Origin: an uncultured Candidatus Saccharibacteria bacterium
GTDB lineage: Bacteria; Patescibacteriota; Minisyncoccia; Minisyncoccales; CAYUYO01
Assembly: GCA_964449385.1 (NCBI GenBank)
Contig: CAYUYO010000002.1
Span: forward strand, 15,414 to 79,413
Length of the DNA: 64,000 nucleotides
Direction: 5' to 3'
Below are positions 29,801 through 36,749 of the stretch, one piece after another (position 1 is the stretch's first letter; the number at the start of each line of letters is the position of its first letter). The translations under genes were made by a program, and so were the position numbers. Below the pieces are notes generated by a model. It saw only the letters and a list, made by a program, of their open reading frames with translations. It was not told where the DNA came from and made no database searches.

Positions 29801-30290
29801 TTTGATAAATTTGTTTTAAAATTTGCCAAACCGTTTCAATATATTCTGGTTGATAGGTAATATAGGGATTTTTGATATCCAACCAAAAACCAATTCTTTG
29901 GGTTAATTTTTCCCAATCATCCTTATAGGTCCAAACTGACTGTTTACATTTTTTATTAAATTTAGCTATTCCGTATTTTTCAATATCTTTTTTATTTTTC
30001 AAACCTAATTTTTTTTCAACTTCTAATTCTACCGGTAAGCCGTGAGTGTCCCAGCCAGCCTTTCTTAATACCTTAAATTTTTGCATGGTTTTATATCTTA
30101 AAACAATATCTTTATAAGCTCGGCTCAGAATATGATGAATTCCTGTTTTACCATTGGCTGTTGGCGGCCCCTCATAAAAAATAAAATCTTTATATTTAGT
30201 TCTTAGTTCAATACTTTTTTCAAAAATTCTGTTTTCTCGCCAAAATTTTAATATCTTTTTTTCAATTTTTGGAAGACTAAAATATGACAT
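26814..30290 (-). CDS. ileS: isoleucyl-tRNA synthetase (type 2) carrying an inserted histidine-phosphatase domain
   Basis: PPTANGKTGIHH (HIGH), WTTTPWTLPGN (CP1 editing), DFHRPYID, GEKMSKSKGN (KMSKS), anticodon-binding C-terminus. Single uninterrupted 1158-aa frame. Confidence 0.95.
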   Translation of the reverse strand: MSYFSLPKIEKKILKFWRENRIFEKSIELRTKYKDFIFYEGPPTANGKTGIHHILSRAYKDIVLRYKTMQKFKVLRKAGWDTHGLPVELEVEKKLGLKNKKDIEKYGIAKFNKKCKQSVWTYKDDWEKLTQRIGFWLDIKNPYITYQPEYIETVWQILKQIYQKKLLYQDYKVVPYCTRCGTSLSSHEVAQGYKKVKETSVYIKFKILSKDKKWENTSILSWTTTPWTLPGNVALAINPKFTYVKIKIKNEIFILAKERLKILSGDYKVLEEIKGKDLLGLEYKPLFKIAQLKSKTSYKIYPADFVTTEEGTGIVHTAVMYGEDDYNLGKKFNIPNYHTVTEKGRFIKNIGEGLADKYVKDKETEFLILTYLKKKNLLFAEELYEHDYPFCWRCKTPLLYYAKKSWFIRMTKVKKNLIENNQKINWFPSHLKNGRFGEWLREIKDWVITRERYWGTPFPIWQCEKCNHQEVIGSKKDLLAQKFTKNKYFILRHGESLRNIKDIAVCWPEKLYCPLTKKGEKQIREVGQKLKREKIDLIFSSDLLRTRQTAEIIGKKLGIKPKLDKKLREINVGVLNGKPIKEIGKFWDKEKKLLPLEYYSKRFQIALPKGETYIAVEKRMSKFIKEINEKYQGKNILIVSHQRPFTLLEKVIYDYDLKKFVEIITRKKEIKTGELRKLEFKKLPYNEKMELDFHRPYIDEVKFYCPKCGKGLMKRVPEVIDCWFDSGSMPFAQSHWSFASQKLRPPKLFPADFICEAIDQTRGWFYTLLAISTLLGFGSSYKNVISLGHVLDKKGEKMSKSKGNIVDPWFICNKYGADAVRWYFFTVNRPGDSKLFEEKNVEQALKRFILTLWHSYTFYSTYAPKKKASISKPLDFKHFLDKWIISKLHGLIQKTTNDLDNYDITSAARSIESFVIDDLSNWYIRRSRQRFQKPKTKEELNNASRTLGYVLFELSLLSAPFIPFLSEEIYKNLVQELSVHLTNWPESDKKLINKSLNQKMVKVREIASLSLAERAKVGIKVRQPLASLQIPELNIQIPNQLLNLIKEEVNVKEITFGKVLKLNIKITQELKEEGIIREVVRQIQEMRKKAGYKSRHRISVRYSGTPNLNEILSKNKDFIQKEAKVKNFQIGDMPKRVFDIEREIKVDGQILWLGIKKI
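28236..28838 (-). other. histidine phosphatase (PGAM/His_Phos_1-like) domain inserted in IleRS, aa ~485-685
   Basis: LRHGES (R492/H493), SDLLRTRQTA (R545), REINVGVLNG (E569), LIVSHQ (H641). Lies between the two Cys pairs of the IleRS zinc knuckle (C463/C466 and C705/C708). Confidence 0.8.
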
Positions 30291-30294
30291 AAAA

Positions 30295-31884
30295 TTACAT
30301 TTTTTCCGGAGACGAAATCCCCATTAAACTTAAAGTATTTTCTAAAATAATTTTAACGGCTAGAGCTAAAGATAAACGTGCCTGAGTTAATTTTTTATCA
30401 TTAGATATTACTCGACAATTTCGATAAAATTGATGGAAAGAAGTAGCTAAACTTATTGTATATTGAGACAATCTCTGAACTTGATAGTCTTTAGTAGTGT
30501 CTTCTATAATTTCAGGAAATTTAATTAATTGTTTAATCAAAAAAAGTTCTGAAGAATGATTTAGCAATTTAAGATTTTGTGTATTAGTTATTTTAATTGG
30601 TAATTTTCCGTATTTGCGCAATATCGAGCAAATACGAGCATGAGCATACTGACAATAATAAACAGGACTTTTATTTGACTTCTCTTTTGCTAGATTAACA
30701 TCAAATTCCATCTGAGTGTCTAAGGACTTTGTCAAATAAATAAATCTAGCTGCGTCCAAACCAACTTCATCTATCAACCATCTTAAAGTAACAACATTTC
30801 CTTCTCTTTTAGAAATTTTTCCTCCTTTCAATCGAACCACTTGAGAAATTAAAATGTCTAAATCTCCTTTAAAACCTAACATTTTAACTGCAGCTTTTAT
30901 TTTAGAGACATGTCCTTGGTGATCAGCTCCCCAAATATCAATAATTTTATCAAACTTCCTGTAAATTTTATCTTTATGATAAGCAATATCACTTAATAAA
31001 TAAGTCGGCTCACCGTTTTTTCGAATAATTACCCAATCTTTTTTATCTCCAAATTTTGAGGTTTTTCCCCATTCAGCTCCTTCTTTTTTATAAATTAAAT
31101 CTTTCTTTTTCATCCACTTATAAATTTTACTTATTTCGTTTTTCTTATATAAGTTTTCTTCTGAAATCCAATTATCAAACTTAATCTTTAGTTTCTCTAC
31201 AATGAAGTTTTTAACATCTTTTTGAATCTCTTGGGTTAATAAAAAACCTGCCTCGCCTTCGTTTTTAGTTTTTTTAAATTTAGATTTAAGGTTTAAGATT
31301 TGAGTTTTGAGATAAGGAGTTAAATAAGTAGTGCCTTTACCTAAAGCTGTTTTTCCTAATTCCTTAATTTGGCTACTTTCTTTCGCATTATTAATATAAT
31401 ATTCTCTAACAACCCTATAATCTGCTTTTTCTAAAACATTAGCTAAACAATCACCAAAAAATGCTCCCCTACCGTGGCCTAAATGTAATTGCCCAGTAGG
31501 ATTAGCTGAAATAAATTCAATATTTACTTTTTTTCTTTTGCCAATTTTTAACCGGCTAAATTTTCCATTTAGCTTTAAAATTTCTGTAATTTGTTTCTGT
31601 AAATATTCTTTTGAAAGAAAAAAATTAATAAACCCAGGAGAAACTGCTTCAACTTTCTCAAACAGTTTTAATCTTTTATTAATTATTAATAATTGATTAC
31701 TAATTATTTCAGCGATTTCTAAAGGATTCTTTCCAACCTGTTTAGTAATGACTATTGCTATATTTGTTGCATAATCCCCGCGAGTTTTCTCTTCTGGATG
31801 TTCAACTTTAATCTCTTTAATCTCAGCAAGATTGAAGTTTTTTATCGATTTTTTTATTAATTCTTTAATTATTTGCCTAATCAT
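30295..31884 (-). CDS. argS: arginyl-tRNA synthetase
   Basis: SANPTGQLHLGHGRG (HIGH), DALR-type anticodon-binding C-terminus; 529 aa. Confidence 0.95.
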   Translation of the reverse strand: MIRQIIKELIKKSIKNFNLAEIKEIKVEHPEEKTRGDYATNIAIVITKQVGKNPLEIAEIISNQLLIINKRLKLFEKVEAVSPGFINFFLSKEYLQKQITEILKLNGKFSRLKIGKRKKVNIEFISANPTGQLHLGHGRGAFFGDCLANVLEKADYRVVREYYINNAKESSQIKELGKTALGKGTTYLTPYLKTQILNLKSKFKKTKNEGEAGFLLTQEIQKDVKNFIVEKLKIKFDNWISEENLYKKNEISKIYKWMKKKDLIYKKEGAEWGKTSKFGDKKDWVIIRKNGEPTYLLSDIAYHKDKIYRKFDKIIDIWGADHQGHVSKIKAAVKMLGFKGDLDILISQVVRLKGGKISKREGNVVTLRWLIDEVGLDAARFIYLTKSLDTQMEFDVNLAKEKSNKSPVYYCQYAHARICSILRKYGKLPIKITNTQNLKLLNHSSELFLIKQLIKFPEIIEDTTKDYQVQRLSQYTISLATSFHQFYRNCRVISNDKKLTQARLSLALAVKIILENTLSLMGISSPEKM

Positions 31885-31914
31885 TAATTTTAGTTTATCT
31901 TAATTTCTGTTAAA

Positions 31915-32373
31915 ATGAAAGAGATGAAGATTTTTGCTGAAAATAAAAAAGCTTATTTTAACTACGAAATTTTGGAAAGATTTGAAGCTGGAATTTCTTT
32001 GATTGGACAAGAAGTAAAATCAATAAAATTAGGAAGAGTAAACTTGTCCGGTTCTTATATAATTTTAAAAAACAACGAAGTTTTTTTAATCGGAGTTAAT
32101 ATTCCTCCATATCAGTCAAAAAATATTTCCTCAGACTATAATCCCGAACGCTCAAGAAAATTACTTCTGAAAAAGGCCGAAATCAAACATTTAATTGGTA
32201 AAGCTAAACAGAAAGGCTTGACTTTAGTGCCCTTAAAAGCTTATACTAAGAAAAGAAAAATTAAAATTGAATTTGGGATTGCTAAAGGAAAGAAAAAAAC
32301 AGATAAAAGAGAAGTAATCAAAAAACGAGAGTTTAAGAGAGAAAAAGAAAGAGAGTTAAGACTACGGGGGTGA
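31915..32373 (+). CDS. smpB: SsrA-binding protein
   Basis: KKAYFNYEI, GQEVKSIK, basic C-terminal tail. The stop TGA at 32371-32373 lies inside the tmRNA 5' acceptor strand. Confidence 0.95.
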   Translation: MKEMKIFAENKKAYFNYEILERFEAGISLIGQEVKSIKLGRVNLSGSYIILKNNEVFLIGVNIPPYQSKNISSDYNPERSRKLLLKKAEIKHLIGKAKQKGLTLVPLKAYTKKRKIKIEFGIAKGKKKTDKREVIKKREFKREKERELRLRG

Positions 32374-32730
32374 TATGAATCGACAGAAGTTTTTATTAAA
32401 ATAGGCAGATCGAGCATTAATAGAAACTCGTTAAACTTTTATTAAAAAAATAAGTGCTAACTTATTCGCAAGCAAACAGCTTGCTCCTGTTTACGCTTAA
32501 AACCGTAAACCATCTGCCCGTTAATTCTCGATAGGCGGACTCAGGTGTCATATTATCGAGATAGATAATTTCTTTTGATTTAGGAGAAAATATCAAAAAA
32601 TACTAGATCAGAATCGTAAATGTTTTTGCTTAATTTTTAATTTATGATTTCTAATTTAAATTAAGCTAAATCTGTAGAAATATTTTAATAAAGTTTCTGG
32701 ATTGGGGTCCAAATCCCCACACCTCCACCC
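32366..32730 (+). ncRNA. ssrA: tmRNA (SsrA)
   Basis: 5' GGGGGTGATATGAATCGAC resembles the canonical tmRNA 5' end. Acceptor GGGGGUG/CACCUCC has the G3:U wobble, discriminator A plus CC. T arm TGGGG-TCCAAAT-CCCCA. Tag frame GCT AAC ... GCT TAA at 32456-32500 is preceded by AATAAGT. Confidence 0.9.
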
Positions 32731-32745
32731 TATTAGAAAATTAAT

Positions 32746-33255
32746 TTGTTCAAAAAACCATTAGCCAACAATAGAATATGGGCAAAAGAAGTTCGACTGA
32801 TTGATGAAACTGGAAAGCAGTTAGGAATTATAGCTTTGGAAAAAGCGCTTCAAATGGCTCAGGAGCGTAATTTAGATTTAGTACAGGTTACAGAAAAAAT
32901 TGAACCTCCAGTTTGTAAGATAATGGAATATGGAAAATACCTTTATTCCCTTCAAAAAAAAGAAAAAGGAACTAAAACAAAAAAAAGCAACGAAATTAAA
33001 GGAATAAGACTCGGATTTAATATTTCTCTCCACGATTTGGATACTAGAGCTCGTCAGGCAGAGAAATTTTTAAAAAAAGGAGATAAAGTCAGAATAGAAC
33101 TCCCTTTAAGAGGAAGACAGAAAGGACTCTCGGAGTTTGCAAAGGGAAAAGTCTTTCAATTTCTTGAACTTTTAGCGAAATTAATCCCAATAAAAACTGA
33201 AAAGGAATTGAAAAGAGAAGGTCGAGGATTAACAATGATTGTTTCTAGAAAGTAA
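32746..33255 (+). CDS. infC: translation initiation factor IF-3
   Basis: EVRLIDETGKQLGI, LDLVQV, PPVCKIMEYGKY motifs. Non-AUG start: TTG at 32746 or in-frame ATT at 32740, with an in-frame TAG at 32734. Confidence 0.93.
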   Translation: MFKKPLANNRIWAKEVRLIDETGKQLGIIALEKALQMAQERNLDLVQVTEKIEPPVCKIMEYGKYLYSLQKKEKGTKTKKSNEIKGIRLGFNISLHDLDTRARQAEKFLKKGDKVRIELPLRGRQKGLSEFAKGKVFQFLELLAKLIPIKTEKELKREGRGLTMIVSRK

Positions 33256-33264
33256 AAAAGTAAT

Positions 33265-33459
33265 ATGTCTAAATTAAAAACAAGAAAATCTTTAAAAAAG
33301 CGTTTTAAAATTACTAAAACCGGCAAGATTTTAAGAAGACCAACCGGTCTTGACCATTACGGAGCAAAAAAATCAGGAAAAAGAAAAAGATTAAATCGAA
33401 AATGGGTCAAACTTTCTGACAGTGAAACAAAAAAAATAAAAAAATCAATTCATGGTTAG
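33265..33459 (+). CDS. rpmI: 50S ribosomal protein L35
   Basis: MSKLKTRKSLKKRFKITKTGK N-terminus; 64 aa; between infC and rplT. Confidence 0.95.
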   Translation: MSKLKTRKSLKKRFKITKTGKILRRPTGLDHYGAKKSGKRKRLNRKWVKLSDSETKKIKKSIHG

Positions 33460-33799
33460 AGTAAAACGAGGAAAAATTGCCCATAAAAGAAGAAAGCATT
33501 TATTAAAAAATGCTAAGGGTTTTCGTTGGGGAAGAAAAACAAAATATCGCCAAGCTAAAGAAGCCTTATATCATGCTTGGGAATATGCTTATCGAGATAG
33601 AAAAACTAAAAAAAGAGATTTTAGAAAGTTGTGGCAAATTAAAATTTCGGCTGCTTGTCGACAATATGAAATTCCTTACAATAAATTTATTGCGAGCTTA
33701 AAAAAAAGTAAAATTGAACTTGATAGAAAAATTCTATCTGAACTATCTAAAAACAATCCTCAAATTTTCAAGAAAATAATTGAGAAAGTTAAAAAGTAA
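33452..33799 (+). CDS. rplT: 50S ribosomal protein L20
   Basis: MVRVKRG..HKRRK N-terminus, YRDRKTKKRDFRKLWQIKI; 115 aa. Confidence 0.95.
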   Translation: MVRVKRGKIAHKRRKHLLKNAKGFRWGRKTKYRQAKEALYHAWEYAYRDRKTKKRDFRKLWQIKISAACRQYEIPYNKFIASLKKSKIELDRKILSELSKNNPQIFKKIIEKVKK

Positions 33800-33822
33800 A
33801 AATAACTAATAACAAAAAATTT

Positions 33823-33866
33823 AGCCCATCAAAAAAATATTTTTACTTTTAAAATGGGCTTTTTTA
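33823..33866 (+). terminator. intrinsic terminator after rplT, probably bidirectional
   Basis: AGCCCAT...ATGGGCT stem around an AT-rich loop, followed by TTTTT. The T tract overlaps the stop codon of the convergent gene at 33864. Confidence 0.65.
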
Positions 33867-34067
33867 GTTTTTTATCCATTCTTCTATTTTCCCTGGATGT
33901 TTTGTCCAGAACTTTCTCCTTTCTACAAGCTCTCTAAGCTGATTTCCGTCAAAAAACTTCTTGACAAGAGAGCTTTCTCTACATTCTCCACATACTGGAC
34001 AATGGATTTCATCAAGATCAGTAACTGCTCCACAATGACTACACACTTTCCATAGTTTCTTTGTCAT
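33864..34067 (-). CDS. small zinc-ribbon protein, function unknown
   Basis: CSHCGAV..CPVCGEC four-Cys ribbon. Good AAAGGAG Shine-Dalgarno sequence about 8 nt upstream of the ATG. Confidence 0.6.
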   Translation of the reverse strand: MTKKLWKVCSHCGAVTDLDEIHCPVCGECRESSLVKKFFDGNQLRELVERRKFWTKHPGKIEEWIKN

Positions 34068-34133
34068 TTCTTCTCCTTTATTTGTTCTATTTTTGTCAAG
34101 TTGTTAAAGTACAACTCTCCAAACCTTATACTA

Positions 34134-35078
34134 TCACTTTTTCTTTTTTAATAAAGAGATTTTTATTTCTTCCGGCAATTTCTTGGAATAGTTCAATAAT
34201 AATTCTACTGCTTTTTTAATTGTTATTTTTTCAATTTTTTGTCCAAATCCTCTAATTAAAACTGCAGGTCCTGAAAAATTTTCTGGTTCTAAAATTAAAT
34301 CTTCTTTTGCTTTAAGTTTCTTTAATTCTTTATTCTCTTTTTCGTTTCTACCTACTATGATTAAAAATCTGTTTTCCCAAAAAACTCTTCCCTTTTTTAA
34401 GACTTGTGCATCTTGACTATTACAATTAGAAATTTTATTAAAAAGTTCTTTTAGTTTTTTTGAATATTCTAAGTCGGTTAGAATACAACCACCGGCCGGG
34501 GTCGGACACCATCCACCCGCTGCTCTATCTTTTATTTTGAATTCTTTTGCTAATCTTAATTGTAATTTTCTTGACTTTCCATGAAAAGCAAATAATTCTT
34601 CTCTTTTTACTAATCCTTTTTTTTCCAGAACACTTTCGGGTAGTAATTTTGCTGAAAGCGGTCTTAAAATCAAACCCTCTAACCCAGCTTCTTTGTCCAT
34701 TTTAAGAAGAATTTTTTTTCTTTGAGAAAACGGTCTTTCATCGACAACATCACCAGTAGCTATAAAATCAAATTTATTCCCTGTAAGTTTCACGAACCGC
34801 TTTGCAGTTTTTAACATTAATAAATGACAATCAATGCAAGGATTCATTCTTTTCCCAAAACCATATTTCGGCTTTTTTATGATCTTAAAATGTTCTTTGC
34901 TAAAATCAACTATTTTTAATTTTAATTTTAATTTTTTAGCGCTCTTTTCAGCTGAATCGCAATTGAAAAAATAACTTTTGAAACAAATTGGAGTTATTTT
35001 AATTTTTTGTTTTTCTAAAATCTTAACTGCTAAAACAGAGTCTAACCCTCCAGAAAAAAGTAAAAGACCTTTTAACAT
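34134..35078 (-). CDS. PP-loop ATP pyrophosphatase, ThiI/MnmA-like tRNA sulfurtransferase family
   Basis: LLFSGGLDSVLA PP-loop, NPCIDCHLLM Cys pair, ILRPLS motif resembling ThiI. The exact subfamily is not resolved. Confidence 0.6.
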   Translation of the reverse strand: MLKGLLLFSGGLDSVLAVKILEKQKIKITPICFKSYFFNCDSAEKSAKKLKLKLKIVDFSKEHFKIIKKPKYGFGKRMNPCIDCHLLMLKTAKRFVKLTGNKFDFIATGDVVDERPFSQRKKILLKMDKEAGLEGLILRPLSAKLLPESVLEKKGLVKREELFAFHGKSRKLQLRLAKEFKIKDRAAGGWCPTPAGGCILTDLEYSKKLKELFNKISNCNSQDAQVLKKGRVFWENRFLIIVGRNEKENKELKKLKAKEDLILEPENFSGPAVLIRGFGQKIEKITIKKAVELLLNYSKKLPEEIKISLLKKKK

Positions 35079-35079
35079 T

Positions 35080-36330
35080 TTAAATTAATTCTTGAAAAAG
35101 TTTTAAATAATCTTTTAAAAGCCTCGGCATTAAAAATTTTTCCCTAACGCTCTTTTTAGCTTCCTTTCCTAGTTTTCTTGCCAAAGATGGTTCTTTAATT
35201 AACTGAACGATTCTTTTTGCAGTTTCTTCGGGACTTGAAACTAAAAATCCATTTTTACCATCTTTTATCTGTAATTTTATTCCACCAACATTACCACCAA
35301 TTACCGCTTTTTCTTTCCACATTGCTTCAGCCACTGTTAGTCCAAAACCTTCTCTAATAGACTTCTGTAAAACAATTGTTGAGGCTGTCTGAAAAGCATT
35401 TACGAAAATATCTACCTTAAGGCTCCCTATTTGAGCTGGATCAGAAAAAAGAAAAACATCGGAATCATTTTTAGTTTCTTTTTTTACTTCTTTGAAAATC
35501 TTTATTGCTTCCGGATCGTCTCTGGCTAAAAATAAACCTAGTAAAGCTAATTGTAAATTTGGAATTTTCTTTTTAGCAATTCTATAAGCCTTTACTACGC
35601 CTAAAGGATCTTTCCAAGAATCAAAACGAGCAATTTGGGAAATTAAAGGTTTACTAGAATCTACACCCAAACTTTCTAAAATATTTTTAGACTTATCTAA
35701 TCCTAAAATACTGTTTTTAATATTTAAAGGATCAATAGCCGGAGGGAAAATATTAACTTTTTCAGCAGGCAGAAAAGGACCAACAAAATCCTTTGAAGTA
35801 AAAATTATCTTATCATACATTTCCATAAAAGGACGAATAAATTCCCAAGTTTCTTTATTTGGATGAGAAGTATCAATATGAACCCTCCAAATACTCGAAT
35901 GAAAATTAGACATATAAGAAATAACTCCTAATGGCTGAGGGTCATGAATTACCCAAATATCTGCTTTCATGTCTTGCATAAGCTTTGCCGTATTTTCCAT
36001 ATGATGCATATATAATCTGCGAGAATTAAAAGAAAGTTGAAATTTCTCTCCTTGTAAAGCATTATGAATTTGTTTTGTAAGAGCAAAAAATTTCTGTCCG
36101 GGAGGATTAATATACCAATTAGCTTTTAAACCAACCCCTTGCATTAAGGGTACTAAAATTTTTAATATTTCAGCTACGCCTCCTCCTCGAGGAGTAGCAT
36201 TAATATGGATTACCTTTAAACCTTTAAGTTTTTTTGATAAACTTTTAATTTCTTCAAAAAGTTTATTAGAAATAATTCCTTTATATTTTTCTATTTTTTG
36301 CGAATGAGTTTTATTAACTTCTGGAAGCAT
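35080..36330 (-). CDS. GT4 glycosyltransferase, trehalose synthase (TreT)-like
   Basis: HINATPRGGGVAEIL..FFALTKQIHNALQG N-terminal pattern typical of TreT-like enzymes. C-terminal EGFGLTVAEAMW GT-B motif. Confidence 0.7.
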   Translation of the reverse strand: MLPEVNKTHSQKIEKYKGIISNKLFEEIKSLSKKLKGLKVIHINATPRGGGVAEILKILVPLMQGVGLKANWYINPPGQKFFALTKQIHNALQGEKFQLSFNSRRLYMHHMENTAKLMQDMKADIWVIHDPQPLGVISYMSNFHSSIWRVHIDTSHPNKETWEFIRPFMEMYDKIIFTSKDFVGPFLPAEKVNIFPPAIDPLNIKNSILGLDKSKNILESLGVDSSKPLISQIARFDSWKDPLGVVKAYRIAKKKIPNLQLALLGLFLARDDPEAIKIFKEVKKETKNDSDVFLFSDPAQIGSLKVDIFVNAFQTASTIVLQKSIREGFGLTVAEAMWKEKAVIGGNVGGIKLQIKDGKNGFLVSSPEETAKRIVQLIKEPSLARKLGKEAKKSVREKFLMPRLLKDYLKLFQELI

Positions 36331-36736
36331 ATTTTTTTAAAAATTGATTGGCTTTTTTAAAAACTTCTTTGGAATTTTCGAACACTAGCTGGGACATTGC
36401 TTTTTTATAAGATAACCATTTGAAACCTATGTGTTCAGAAGAAATTTTTACTTCTTTAATTTTCGTCTCAGCTAAAAAGAAAATAACTATTTTAAAAATG
36501 TTTTTATTTTTTAATTTATAAAAATATTTAATCCATTCTTTAAAACCAGGGATAAATTTAATGTCTTCGATTCCAGTTTCTTCTTTTACTTCCCGCCTTA
36601 TTGTCTCATTTAATTTTTCACCTTTTTCAATATTTCCTTTAGAAAAATCTAAATGACCAGATTGACAACATAAAAAAAGATAAAAAATTTTATCTTTTTC
36701 CTTCCTAAAAATTATTGCTCCAGCCGATTTTTCCAT
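36314..36736 (-). CDS. NUDIX hydrolase
   Basis: Nudix box GNIEKGEKLNETIRREVKEETGI (Gx5Ex7REUxEExGU). Confidence 0.85.
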   Translation of the reverse strand: MEKSAGAIIFRKEKDKIFYLFLCCQSGHLDFSKGNIEKGEKLNETIRREVKEETGIEDIKFIPGFKEWIKYFYKLKNKNIFKIVIFFLAETKIKEVKISSEHIGFKWLSYKKAMSQLVFENSKEVFKKANQFLKKYASRS

Positions 36737-36749
36737 AGATATAATAATA

